The position numbers and the translations under genes are program-made. The notes under the pieces are model-generated. The model was not told the DNA's origin, did no database searches, and saw only the letters and a list, made by a program, of their open reading frames with translations. 64,000 bases of DNA, taken from positions 87,175 to 151,174 of the forward strand of contig CAMNCL010000001.1 of NCBI GenBank assembly GCA_946534345.1, written 5' to 3'. Source of the DNA: an uncultured Bacillales bacterium. GTDB lineage: Bacteria > Bacillota_I > Bacilli_A > RF39 > UBA660. Each line of letters opens with the position of its first letter. Within the stretch, counting starts at the first letter, position 1. This document shows positions 20,194-30,047 of this stretch, piece by piece.

Positions 20194-20820
20194 ATGAAAC
20201 ATTTAAATAATAAGGGAATTACTACCATCGAAGTAATAATATGTTTTATTTTAGTTGTTACTATTTCATCTTCTATGTTTTCAACGGTTGCTGCATTTAA
20301 TGAAAAACGTATTCTAGAACAATATAAAGAAGAAATATATACATATAAAAACTTATTAACAAGAGAAATACAAGATGATTTTATTAAAGTAGGTATAACT
20401 GAAGCCCACTATGATATAAAGGTTACTGGAAATCAAACTACACATACTGTTGATTGTATTATGAAAGATGGTACTAATAGAAGATTAGTAATTAAACAAG
20501 CTTTTGCTTATTCGGATTTTCATCCTTCAGGATCTAGGACTACAGATGATAATTTTATGATTTCTTATGGTACTCAAGAAGATTTAATTGATTATCCTAT
20601 TCCAGAACTAGGATATACCACTAATGAATATGGAAAGAAAGTTCAAGACTTTAGTATCAATAACGTTTTGATTAAGATTGAAAATGATAATATTTTAAGA
20701 ATTTATATAGGTTTTTATCATCCAGAGTTAACTACTAGATTTGGTATTCAAGTTATATGTCCTATAAACTATGTTTCATCAGGAAGAGATGTTTCATCAA
20801 GCCTTAATTTATATGGTTAA
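20194..20820 (+). CDS. Type IV prepilin-like (minor pilin/pseudopilin-like) protein
   Basis: 'MKHLNNKG|ITTIEVIICFILVV' with Glu at +5. Starts 5 nt after the previous pilin gene. Confidence 0.65.
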   Translation: MKHLNNKGITTIEVIICFILVVTISSSMFSTVAAFNEKRILEQYKEEIYTYKNLLTREIQDDFIKVGITEAHYDIKVTGNQTTHTVDCIMKDGTNRRLVIKQAFAYSDFHPSGSRTTDDNFMISYGTQEDLIDYPIPELGYTTNEYGKKVQDFSINNVLIKIENDNILRIYIGFYHPELTTRFGIQVICPINYVSSGRDVSSSLNLYG

Positions 20821-20973
20821 GATCTAATAGCTTCTTTGAAAAATTCTCAAGTATTTAGAATAGTTAATAGAGTACAGTTTAAAACTGTACTTTTTTTGAC
20901 AAGTATTATGATGTTTCAAGCTTTTTCATTCATATTTTTCTTATTATTTGTTATAATTAAATAAGGTGATAAT

Positions 20974-21996
20974 ATGAAGAAATATCTACACGAAGTAAAG
21001 AAAACTATAGTAGAAGAATATAAGTTTATTATTACTTTACTTGTTATATATTGTCTTTTACAAATACCTGTTAATTACTATATTACTGTAGGGGGAGGAA
21101 TTAGTGATGTATCAAGTAGAATTAAAGTAGAAGATAAATATAATAGTAAAGGTAGTTTTAATATAAGTTATGTTACTGAATTAAAGGGTACAGTACTTAC
21201 ATATTTATTAAGTTATGTAGTTCCTACATGGGAAAGAGAAAATGCTAATAATTATAAATATAATGATAAAGAAAGTATTGATGATATTGAATTTAGGAGT
21301 GATTTAGATTTAATTAGTGCTAATGAAAAAGCTAAATACTGGGCTTATACTTTAGCTAATAAAGATATTAAAGAGAAATCTTCTAAATTATATATAATTA
21401 CTATTTTAGATGGATTTAAAACTAATTTAAAAGTACAAGATCAAGTACTAGCTATGGATGATAATTCATATACTGATTATCATGATTATCAAAAATATCT
21501 TCAAACAAAGAATGAAAATGATATAGTAAATGTAAAAGTACTTAGAAATAATAAAGAAAGAATTATTAAAGCTAAATTATATAAATATAAGGATAAAAAT
21601 GGAGAACGTTTAATGTTAGGAACAGGCCTTCAAAATGTAGTTGAATATACTACTAATCCTAAAGTAACTATTAAGTTTAAAGAATCAGAATCTGGTCCTT
21701 CTGGAGGTTTAATAGCTACCTTAGAAATGTATAATCAATTAACTAAAAATGATTTAACTAAGGGTTATAAAATAGCTGGTACTGGTACAATAGAAGCAGA
21801 TGGATCAATTGGTGAAATTGGTGGAATAGAACATAAATTATTAGGCGCAGAAAAAGATAAAGCAAAATATTTTTTGGCTCCAAAAGGTAATTATAAAGCT
21901 GCACTTAAGTATAAGAAAAAACATTCATTAAAAATAAAAATAATAAAAGTAAATAATATAAAAGATGCGATTACAAAGTTGGAGAAGATAAAATGA
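20974..21996 (+). CDS. YlbL-like membrane protein with Lon (S16) protease C-terminal domain
   Basis: 'SGPSGGLIATLEMYNQLT...GTGTIEADGSIGEIGGIEHKL' resembles the Lon proteolytic domain. N-terminal TM. Confidence 0.6.
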   Translation: MKKYLHEVKKTIVEEYKFIITLLVIYCLLQIPVNYYITVGGGISDVSSRIKVEDKYNSKGSFNISYVTELKGTVLTYLLSYVVPTWERENANNYKYNDKESIDDIEFRSDLDLISANEKAKYWAYTLANKDIKEKSSKLYIITILDGFKTNLKVQDQVLAMDDNSYTDYHDYQKYLQTKNENDIVNVKVLRNNKERIIKAKLYKYKDKNGERLMLGTGLQNVVEYTTNPKVTIKFKESESGPSGGLIATLEMYNQLTKNDLTKGYKIAGTGTIEADGSIGEIGGIEHKLLGAEKDKAKYFLAPKGNYKAALKYKKKHSLKIKIIKVNNIKDAITKLEKIK

Positions 21997-22538
21997 GAAT
22001 AGGAATAGACTTAGATAATACTTTATGTAATACTTCTACTATTATAAATGAATTAGCTTCTACTTACGCAACAAGTCATAATATTAATCAAGAAGATATA
22101 TTTAGTAATATAGAAATAAAAGATGATTTCTTTATACAAAATATGACTAATATTTTTAAAGATGTACCTATAAAGAATAATGCTAGTGAAGTATTAAGAT
22201 ATTTAAAAGAAAAAGGTCATGAATTATACGTAATAACTGCTCGTAGTAATCATTTCACTTCTAAAGAAATAGATATTATAGAACCTACTATGAATTGGTT
22301 AAATAATCACAAAATATCTATAGATAAGATTATTACTGATTCATATGGTATAGATAAAGCTACTACTTGTTTAGATAATAAAATAGATATAATGATAGAT
22401 GATGATTTACATAATATAGAAGAAATAAGTAAAGTAGGTATAAAATGTATATTATTTGATGATAATAATAAGTATAATATAGATAATAGAGTAACTAATT
22501 GGTTAGAAGTAAAAGATATAATTGAAAGGAATGAATAA
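21993..22538 (+). CDS. HAD-superfamily hydrolase (5'(3')-deoxyribonucleotidase-like)
   Basis: 'MRIGIDLDNTLCNT' DxD motif I and 'YVITARS' motif II. Confidence 0.6.
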   Translation: MRIGIDLDNTLCNTSTIINELASTYATSHNINQEDIFSNIEIKDDFFIQNMTNIFKDVPIKNNASEVLRYLKEKGHELYVITARSNHFTSKEIDIIEPTMNWLNNHKISIDKIITDSYGIDKATTCLDNKIDIMIDDDLHNIEEISKVGIKCILFDDNNKYNIDNRVTNWLEVKDIIERNE

Positions 22539-22539
22539 T

Positions 22540-23319
22540 ATGAAAAAATTATATATATTAAGTTTATTATTAATTAGTTTGTTTGTCATAAATGTAAAAG
22601 CGGCTAATTATGATTTCAAGGAATTAATCCCAGCTGATATTAAGACTACTTTAGTCACAAATAATTTTAGTTATAGAGAATTCTCTTATAATAGTAATTC
22701 TGGAACAGTAGAATTCACAAATATAAAGAATTTAACTAATAAAGAATTACCTGTATCTATTTCAATAGCTTTCTTTGATGAAAATAAGAAGAATTTAGGA
22801 ATAATGAATTTCTGTTCTAAGGATGATGTTCTTAAATCAAAAGAAGAAAAGAATTATACTATTCACATTGATAAAAGTGATGTTGCTGAAGGAAAAAGTG
22901 TTAATGATATTAAATATATTGCTATTATAACTGATAATATTAATTGTAATACTGAAAGATATTTTGATTATGTAGGTTATGATGTTAGTTATATTGGTAT
23001 GCCTAAAAATACTTCTTTAGATGATAAAACTAATCGTTTAATTTTAATAATGAGTGTATTAGGCTTAGTATTATTAGTATTATTCTTATATAACTTTGTC
23101 TTCACAAATGCTTATCAAAATATGGATGGTGATGATGTAAGAAAAGGTTATAAGAAGTATAATAAACAGTTAGCTAAAGAAAGAGAAGAAGAATTAAAGA
23201 GAAATCCACCTAAGCCTAAAGAAAAAGTAAAAGTAAAAACTGATGAAGTTATTGCTCAAGAAGAAAGTGCTAAGAAAGAAGATAAATCAGATACTGATTT
23301 ACATAAGTTATATAAGTAA
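22540..23319 (+). CDS. Hypothetical secreted and membrane-anchored protein
   Basis: Signal peptide 'MKKLYILSLLLISLFVINVKA', C-terminal TM and a Lys/Glu-rich tail. Confidence 0.45.
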   Translation: MKKLYILSLLLISLFVINVKAANYDFKELIPADIKTTLVTNNFSYREFSYNSNSGTVEFTNIKNLTNKELPVSISIAFFDENKKNLGIMNFCSKDDVLKSKEEKNYTIHIDKSDVAEGKSVNDIKYIAIITDNINCNTERYFDYVGYDVSYIGMPKNTSLDDKTNRLILIMSVLGLVLLVLFLYNFVFTNAYQNMDGDDVRKGYKKYNKQLAKEREEELKRNPPKPKEKVKVKTDEVIAQEESAKKEDKSDTDLHKLYK

Positions 23320-23321
23320 TT

Positions 23322-23792
23322 ATGGAAGAGATAATTAGATTATTAAAAGAAAAAGGTTTATATATCTCTACTATGGAGTCTTGTACAGGTGGAGGATTAG
23401 TTAATGCTTTGACTAATGTTGAAGGCTCTAGTGAAGTATTAAAATATAGTGCAGTAACTTACTCTAATGAATTTAAAATTAAAATGGGTGTTAGTAGTGA
23501 AGTAATAGATAAATATAGTGTTTATAGTATTGAAACAGCTAATGAAATGGCTTTGAAAATAAGTGAATTTACTAATAGTGATTTAGGAGTAGGTATTACT
23601 GGTAAATTAAATAGAGTAGATATTAATAATAATTATGGTGATGATAATAAAGTATTTATAAGTATTTATGATAGGAATAATAATACTTATATGGATAAAG
23701 AATTATTAGTTAATAAAAGTAATAGAGTAGATAACAAGGAAGATGTTATAAATACTGTAAAAGATATGTTATTAGAAATATTAAGTAGATAA
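23322..23792 (+). CDS. CinA C-terminal domain protein (NMN deamidase PncC-like)
   Basis: 'MESCTGGGLVNALTNVEGSS' CinA_C signature. Confidence 0.75.
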   Translation: MEEIIRLLKEKGLYISTMESCTGGGLVNALTNVEGSSEVLKYSAVTYSNEFKIKMGVSSEVIDKYSVYSIETANEMALKISEFTNSDLGVGITGKLNRVDINNNYGDDNKVFISIYDRNNNTYMDKELLVNKSNRVDNKEDVINTVKDMLLEILSR

Positions 23793-23845
23793 TAGTATCT
23801 ACTTTTTTTATTTGTGTTATAATTGTTTAAAGAGGGCATGTTATT

Positions 23846-24343
23846 ATGAAAGGTTATAAAGCATTTAATGCAGATATGACAAACCGTTATGGAGCTTCTT
23901 ATACTGAAGGTTCTATTTATAGTGTTGAAGGGGATTTAAAGTTTGGAATTGATGGAAATGGTATTCATTTCTGTAGAAGATTAGAAGATACTCTAAGATA
24001 TGTTCCTGCTATGGAAGAAGAAGTTCAAATAGCTGAAGTTACTAGTTTAGGAGAAGTAATAGAAAGTTATGATGAATATTATGGATATTATGATTTGTAT
24101 GCAGCTAGAGATTTAAAAATAGATAAAGTATTAGATAGATCTGAAATAATAACAATGTACTTAAATATGGAAGAAGAGAGAGTAATAAGATTTGTTTCAG
24201 GATATAGATTAACTCCTGAAGAAATTGAATTATTTAAAATAAGGTATAGTGATAATAATAGAATAATTAAAGCAATTATGTATTATCAAGAGAATAATAA
24301 AACAGTATATAATAAACAGAAAGTAAAAAAGGGAGATTTATGA
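23846..24343 (+). CDS. Hypothetical protein
   Basis: ORF behind an extended -10 'tgtgttataat'. N-terminus 'MKGYKAFNADMTNRYG'. Confidence 0.45.
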   Translation: MKGYKAFNADMTNRYGASYTEGSIYSVEGDLKFGIDGNGIHFCRRLEDTLRYVPAMEEEVQIAEVTSLGEVIESYDEYYGYYDLYAARDLKIDKVLDRSEIITMYLNMEEERVIRFVSGYRLTPEEIELFKIRYSDNNRIIKAIMYYQENNKTVYNKQKVKKGDL

Positions 24344-24915
24344 CAGATACAAAATTTTATAAAATAGTAAAACCATTAGTAAAAATATATATAAAATTAT
24401 TCTATCCTTCTCAAGTGATAGGTCTAGATAATATACCCAAAGAAGGACGTATACTACTCGCAGGAAATCATACTAAATGGCTAGATCCAGTATTGATTGT
24501 TGGAGTTGTGAATAGACAAGTACATTTCTTAGCTAAAGATGAATTATTCCATGGAATGACAAAGGGTATTGTCAAAGGAATGGGATGTATTCCTGTTAAT
24601 CGTAAGATTCATGATAAGGATGCCCTACATGGAGCTATTGAATGTTTAGATAAAGATTTATGTGTAGGTATATTTCCTGAAGGAACTATTAATAGGACTA
24701 ATGATCCTGTTATGCCTTTTAAAATAGGAGCAGTTAAAGCTTGCTCTGATAGTAATTCTAAATTAGTTCCCTTTGTTATAAAAGGAAAGTATAAGCTATT
24801 CAGAAAGAATGTTACTATTGAGTTTTTAAAACCTATTACTATAGGTGATGATTTAGAGAAAGACAATGAGATATTAATGAATTTAATTAGTAATAAATTA
24901 ACTGGAGGTGAGTAA
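24340..24915 (+). CDS. plsC: 1-acyl-sn-glycerol-3-phosphate acyltransferase
   Basis: 'LAGNHTKWLDP' HxxxxD-type motif and 'FPEGT'. Confidence 0.75.
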   Translation: MTDTKFYKIVKPLVKIYIKLFYPSQVIGLDNIPKEGRILLAGNHTKWLDPVLIVGVVNRQVHFLAKDELFHGMTKGIVKGMGCIPVNRKIHDKDALHGAIECLDKDLCVGIFPEGTINRTNDPVMPFKIGAVKACSDSNSKLVPFVIKGKYKLFRKNVTIEFLKPITIGDDLEKDNEILMNLISNKLTGGE

Positions 24916-25767
24916 ATGGATCATCATACAAATGAGTCTATGCCAGTATATAAAATAGCTAAACCTATTTTAGGTATAATCTATAAACTGTGGTATAATC
25001 CCAAAATAATTGGTAAAGAAAATATTCCTAAGACTGGATCTTTCTTAATAGTTGGAAATCATGTTCATTTGATGGATCAATGTAATGTTATAATTGCGAC
25101 TAAAAGACATATTCATTACTTGGCTAAAATGGAATATTTTGATCCTAATAATAAAGTGGGAAAATTTGCTTGGTTCTTTAGAGGTTCAGGTTGTATTCCA
25201 GTAGATAGAGAAAAGAAAGATACAGAAGCAACTGATATGGCTCTAGAAGTATTAAAGAATAATCATGCTTTAGGTTTATTCCCAGAAGGAACTAGAAATG
25301 CTTTTAAAGAGCCTAGAATTAAAGAATTATATGATGAATTTTCCCCTGAAAATATGACATATGAGACATTTTATAAGAAAATAAAAAAACAAAAGAGAAC
25401 TTTTGTGGAATACTTAATTGAGTTAAGAAATAATATGTTTATTACTCAAGATGAATTTGATGATAACTTGTTTAATGCAGAAGAATTTTTAGATGATTTA
25501 TTGTTGAATCATAGAATAACTCTTGAAGAATATGTAGATCATTATTTATTACCATTTAAGTTTGGAGCAGTTTCAATGTCGCATAAGAGCGCAAGTGTAA
25601 TAGTTCCATATGCAATTACAGGTAAATATAAGTTTAGAAGTAAAGATTTAACAATTAGATTTGGAGAACCATTTATGGCAGAAGATGATCTAGAAAAGTC
25701 TAATTTAGAACTTCAAGAGAGAATTAAACAATTGATAAAATTAAGTCTAAAAGATAGTGGCAAATAG
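24916..25767 (+). CDS. Second lysophospholipid acyltransferase-family protein with a ~90-aa insertion
   Basis: 'VGNHVHLMDQ' and 'FPEGTRN'. Tandem with plsC. Confidence 0.6.
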   Translation: MDHHTNESMPVYKIAKPILGIIYKLWYNPKIIGKENIPKTGSFLIVGNHVHLMDQCNVIIATKRHIHYLAKMEYFDPNNKVGKFAWFFRGSGCIPVDREKKDTEATDMALEVLKNNHALGLFPEGTRNAFKEPRIKELYDEFSPENMTYETFYKKIKKQKRTFVEYLIELRNNMFITQDEFDDNLFNAEEFLDDLLLNHRITLEEYVDHYLLPFKFGAVSMSHKSASVIVPYAITGKYKFRSKDLTIRFGEPFMAEDDLEKSNLELQERIKQLIKLSLKDSGK

Positions 25768-25833
25768 TGTCAACTTAAAGGAACTAACTAATGATTAGTT
25801 CTTTTTCTATGATATGATATATTTGGTGATAAT

Positions 25834-26637
25834 ATGGGAGAAGTTAAACTATATAGAAATATTAAAGAATTATTACATCCATCCATTTCAAAGAAAAATA
25901 TAAGTAGTTATACAATTATTATTGATGAAGATATTTTACCTGTACAAGTATATTATCCAAATAAAGTATCTAGTATTAATAAAGCTATTATTTATGTTCA
26001 TGGTAATAGTGATGTTACTGAGACTGATTATTCTAATGTTTATAAATTACTTAGTAAAGAATTAGATAGTGTTTTAATTGCTATTGAATATGAAGATACT
26101 AATTATAAAAAATTATATAAAGATGTTTATGAAACAGTTAAATACTTATATAAAGGTTTAGAGAGAAATACATTGGAACCTAATAATATTATATTAATGG
26201 GAGATTCTACTGGTTGTAATATAATTACTGGTATTAATTATTTAAATAATAATGAATTTGAAATAGATAATGAAATATTATTTTATCCAGTATTAAGCTT
26301 AGATTATGATAAAGCTAACTATGAATCTATGATTAAGAATAAAGATTTTAATTTAGGTATCTTATCTAAGTTAAAAAACTATTATAATTCATTAGAATAT
26401 GAAAATGATGATATGTTAAAGCCATTAAAATTAAAAGATTATAGTCATGTACCAAAGACATTAATTATATCTGGTAATGTTGATTCTTTAAAGGATGAAG
26501 CAAAAGAATATTACAATAAGTTATCTGGTGATAATAAATATTTAGAATTAGAATTTTTAGCTCATGGCTTTTTAAAAAAAATGGATAAAGAAGTAGAAAA
26601 AGAAGTTTTTAAAGAGATTACTAAGTTTATTAATTAA
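25834..26637 (+). CDS. Alpha/beta hydrolase (esterase/lipase-like)
   Basis: 'IYVHGNS' oxyanion region and 'MGDSTGCN' GxSxG nucleophile elbow. Confidence 0.6.
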   Translation: MGEVKLYRNIKELLHPSISKKNISSYTIIIDEDILPVQVYYPNKVSSINKAIIYVHGNSDVTETDYSNVYKLLSKELDSVLIAIEYEDTNYKKLYKDVYETVKYLYKGLERNTLEPNNIILMGDSTGCNIITGINYLNNNEFEIDNEILFYPVLSLDYDKANYESMIKNKDFNLGILSKLKNYYNSLEYENDDMLKPLKLKDYSHVPKTLIISGNVDSLKDEAKEYYNKLSGDNKYLELEFLAHGFLKKMDKEVEKEVFKEITKFIN

Positions 26638-26701
26638 AAACAAAAGAACAATTATTTGTTCTTTTTTTATTTGATGTGCTATAATTAATATGGTGATAAT
26701 T

Positions 26702-27229
26702 ATGGAAGCTAAAAGAACTACTAAAAAAGAAATTGTTAAAATGTTATTAAAGAATGCTGAATTAGATTCTCAAGATGAAGAAGAATTAATTGATTTACTT
26801 ATTGATCAACCAATTAGTATTGATATAGATAAACAAGAAGAAGCTAAACTTACTTTTGGAGATAAAGTAGCAGATAAAGTAAGTGAAAAAGCTGGTTCTT
26901 GGGGATTTATTTTTGGATTTACTTTATTTTTAATATTTTGGGTTATTTTAAATACTGTAATAATGATGGATGGTCAAGAAATAGACCCATATCCATTTAT
27001 TCTACTTAATTTAGTATTATCATGTATTGCAGCTTTACAAGCTCCAATAATTATGATGAGTCAAAATAGACAAGCTGCGAAAGATAGTTTAAGAAACCAA
27101 AATGATTATCGTATTGATTTAAAAAGTGAAATTATTCTAGAAGAGTTACATGATAAAATGGAATTGATTTTAAAGAATCAAAGAAAGATAATTAGAACTT
27201 TAGAGGAGGACGAAGATGAAGAAAAGTAG
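26702..27229 (+). CDS. DUF1003-like membrane protein
   Basis: 'FGDKVADKVSEKAGSWGFIFGFTLFLIFWVILN' followed by a second TM. Confidence 0.55.
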   Translation: MEAKRTTKKEIVKMLLKNAELDSQDEEELIDLLIDQPISIDIDKQEEAKLTFGDKVADKVSEKAGSWGFIFGFTLFLIFWVILNTVIMMDGQEIDPYPFILLNLVLSCIAALQAPIIMMSQNRQAAKDSLRNQNDYRIDLKSEIILEELHDKMELILKNQRKIIRTLEEDEDEEK

Positions 27230-27743
27230 TCTATTGTTACTATTATTATTCTTAAGTTTAGTTGTAGTAACTGGTTGCGAAAAACAAGAGACTATTGAAT
27301 CAGATGGAGAAGAGATTAATGTTACTAAGATGGAACATAAACATTGTACTAGAGCTGCTACTGCAACAGGAGCCGAAGTTAAATTAAATTATGATATTTA
27401 TTATACTGGAGATATTTTAAATGTATTGAAGTCTGAGGAACAAGTTATATCTTCAAGTCCTGATGTTTTAACAACTTATGAAGATGCTTATAAGAAGATT
27501 CAAAAGAATTATGAAGGATTACAATATTATGATACTAATGTTGTTAGAGGGGATACTTCAGTTACTAATACAATAGTTATTAATTATGATAAAGTAGATA
27601 TTGATACATTAATTGATATTGAAGGTGAAGAAGATAATATTTTTGAGAATAAAAAACCTATGGTTAATAAATGGTTAACATTAGCTAAAAAGTTTGGAAC
27701 AGAATGTGAAATTGTTGATGATAAAGAAAATAGTGAAGAGTAA
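27216..27743 (+). CDS. Lipoprotein
   Basis: 'MKKSSLLLLLLFLSLVVVTGC' signal with lipobox. Confidence 0.55.
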   Translation: MKKSSLLLLLLFLSLVVVTGCEKQETIESDGEEINVTKMEHKHCTRAATATGAEVKLNYDIYYTGDILNVLKSEEQVISSSPDVLTTYEDAYKKIQKNYEGLQYYDTNVVRGDTSVTNTIVINYDKVDIDTLIDIEGEEDNIFENKKPMVNKWLTLAKKFGTECEIVDDKENSEE

Positions 27744-27757
27744 TCTTCACTATTAAT

Positions 27758-27832
27758 GTTTAGGTAGTTTAATGGATAAAATGTTTCCCTCCGACGGAAG
27801 AGATGGAGGTTCGACTCCTCTCCTAAACACCA
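27758..27832 (+). tRNA. tRNA-Arg (anticodon CCG)
   Basis: Acceptor 'gtttagg'/'cctaaac'; anticodon loop 'ctCCGac'; T-arm 'ggaggttcgactcctct'; encoded CCA. Confidence 0.8.
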
Positions 27833-27900
27833 TAAATATTACTATTTATAGTAATTTTTTTTATTTTGTGCTATAATATGACACCTAGGAGGAATATAGT

Positions 27901-28359
27901 ATGAAATTATTAAGAGATATTGTTTGTTCTAGTACACCTTTTGGTGAAATGTATACAAGTAATGATTTATCGGGAAAAGTAATTGTTGATGATAATAAAT
28001 TAGAAGGTTTAATAGGGGATGGTTTTACATCATATGTAGTTTTTGGAACTATAGATGATAATGAAATCAAACTTATTATGAGTAGTAATCATGATAAGGA
28101 AGTACCTAAGATGTATAAAGGGGATTTTAATAACAAGAAATATTGTGGAGAGAAATTAGTAGTGAATAGATTTTGTGAAATTCCATATGAAGAATGTCAG
28201 GTTGCTTTATACAATCCAGATATCTACCGTGATGTATCAGAAAATGAAATAGATGATTTAGAAGAATTAATAAACTTACGAAAAAGATTATTTGGTGAAG
28301 AATCTAAGTATTTATATGATAATTATCAAGAAAAGGAATCTGTTTTAAAACATATTTAA
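27901..28359 (+). CDS. Hypothetical protein between two tRNA genes
   Basis: ORF with RBS 'ctaggagg' and extended -10 'tgtgctataat'. Confidence 0.45.
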   Translation: MKLLRDIVCSSTPFGEMYTSNDLSGKVIVDDNKLEGLIGDGFTSYVVFGTIDDNEIKLIMSSNHDKEVPKMYKGDFNNKKYCGEKLVVNRFCEIPYEECQVALYNPDIYRDVSENEIDDLEELINLRKRLFGEESKYLYDNYQEKESVLKHI

Positions 28360-28382
28360 TTATGCTATAATGAAATGGTAAA

Positions 28383-28458
28383 GCCGATTTAGCTCAGTTG
28401 GTAGAGCAACTCATTCGTAATGAGTAGGTCAAAGGTTCAAGTCCCTTAATCGGCACCA
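28383..28458 (+). tRNA. tRNA-Thr (anticodon CGU)
   Basis: Acceptor 'gccgatt'/'aatcggc'; D-arm 'agctcagttggtagagc'; anticodon loop 'ttCGTaa'; T-arm 'ggttcaagtcc'; encoded CCA. Confidence 0.85.
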
Positions 28459-28465
28459 TTACAGT

Positions 28466-28494
28466 AAAAAAAAGAGAATTTTTTCTCTTTTTTA
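28466..28494. terminator. Bidirectional rho-independent terminator
   Basis: 'aaaaaaagagaattttttctctttttt': stem aaagagaa/ttctcttt with A- and T-runs. Confidence 0.7.
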
Positions 28495-29127
28495 ATTTGG
28501 TAAAAAGAATTGTTGTATTAACCAGTTATCGTTGTCTTTGACAATTATAAAGTCTTCTGTAATTAAACCATTACTATAAGTAGATGCAGCTTTAAAAGTG
28601 ATTTTGTCTTCCTCAATAGTTCCAATACTTAATTCGGTTTTTTCATATGTTGATAAGCTTCCTCTAGCTCCGGCACTACCACAGTCTGCAGGTACAAAAT
28701 TATCTATCGTATCTTCCATAACATCTTCGGTGCTTCCTTGAGCTAAATATTTGTATTTAAAATCACTAGCATATTTTTTTAGAACTTCTTCTTTAGTAGT
28801 ATCACATTCTACAGGAATTCCTCCAGCTTCATTTTTTTCACCTTCATGAGTAGGCCAAGCAGGTTCTCCTCCCCAATAAGTAGTTCTTGCATATTCCCAT
28901 AATTCATTTCCGATTTTTAGAGCTTCTTCATCAGTTAATTTAGAATCTGTAACTTCTTCAGTTGTAGTTTCTTCTTCTTCAGTAGTTTCATTTGGAGTGT
29001 TTGCTTCCTTTTTAGTAGTCATATCTTTATATGTTAAATAACCACCGGCGCCACATAAACATAAAGCTATAATTATTAAGATAATGGCAAAAGTACTGCC
29101 ACCTTTCTTTTTAGTTTCTGTTTCCAT
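28492..29127 (-). CDS. Hypothetical membrane-anchored extracellular protein
   Basis: 'METETKKKGGSTFAIILIIIALCLCGAGG' TM, then a Thr/Glu-rich linker and a globular domain. GGAGG RBS. Confidence 0.5.
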   Translation of the reverse strand: METETKKKGGSTFAIILIIIALCLCGAGGYLTYKDMTTKKEANTPNETTEEEETTTEEVTDSKLTDEEALKIGNELWEYARTTYWGGEPAWPTHEGEKNEAGGIPVECDTTKEEVLKKYASDFKYKYLAQGSTEDVMEDTIDNFVPADCGSAGARGSLSTYEKTELSIGTIEEDKITFKAASTYSNGLITEDFIIVKDNDNWLIQQFFLPN

Positions 29128-29242
29128 AAGTACCTCCATTTTTACTTAATTATAACATAATAATATTTTTTTGTTGAAAAGTGTCAATAAAAGACTTTAC
29201 TTTACTGTAAATATGGTATAATTGTTTCTGAGGGTGTTATAG

Positions 29243-29938
29243 ATGGATAAAGATGTAGAAGAAGTAATTAAAAGAATTAATGAACTTAGTGGTAAAGAAC
29301 TAGGAAGTTATATAGATCAATTATTAAATGAAAATGATGATAAGATTATGAAAAACAAAGAAGTACTTCTTACAATAGCTAATAGAATAAATGGATTTGG
29401 TTTTCATCATCGTATAATTAGGGAAAAATTTCATGATATTGGGCTTAATATGCAAGCTGAGTTAGATAAATTAGATTACGAGAAAACAGTCCAATACTTA
29501 GAAGATCATCCAGAATTAATTGAGACTATAGATATAGCTGTTAATTGGTGGATAAGTGTTATTAAGCAACCATTTTTTGCAAATTATAGTAATTTTCAAA
29601 TACCATTAGAAATGGCTCCTTATTTTCAATTAGATTATTCAGAGAAAAAGATTGAGAAATCAAATCAAAAAAATATAACTCCTGAAAAGGAAAAAGTATT
29701 TAGACAAGTACTAGTTCATGAAATTGCAGATGCAATTAGAAAAGAAGGTTCATGTAGGTTAAGAGCAGATACTTTTGGTTTTGATAGATTAGGACATGCT
29801 TTAGAAAAAGCTAATTTAAGAGTTTCTTTTCCTAAAAATATTAATATGTTAGTTAAACCAACTGAAATTGAATTAGCTAATAGTAGTGGACACTTTGATG
29901 TTGTGTATGAAGCTAGTAATAATTCTAAGAAAAAATAG
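29243..29938 (+). CDS. Hypothetical protein
   Basis: ORF with no recognisable motif. Confidence 0.45.
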   Translation: MDKDVEEVIKRINELSGKELGSYIDQLLNENDDKIMKNKEVLLTIANRINGFGFHHRIIREKFHDIGLNMQAELDKLDYEKTVQYLEDHPELIETIDIAVNWWISVIKQPFFANYSNFQIPLEMAPYFQLDYSEKKIEKSNQKNITPEKEKVFRQVLVHEIADAIRKEGSCRLRADTFGFDRLGHALEKANLRVSFPKNINMLVKPTEIELANSSGHFDVVYEASNNSKKK

Positions 29939-29980
29939 TCACGATGTGACTTTTTTTGTTTACTGTAAAGTTAGTCCTAT

Positions 29981-30013
29981 TTACATCTAGTTAGTCATTT
30001 ATGTGTTATAATG
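29981..30013 (+). promoter_or_regulatory. Sigma-A type promoter with extended -10
   Basis: 'tgtgttataat' (TGnTATAAT) about 35 nt upstream of the SDR gene. Confidence 0.45.
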
Positions 30014-30047
30014 AAAATGTAATATATAATAATTAGGAGGATATAAT

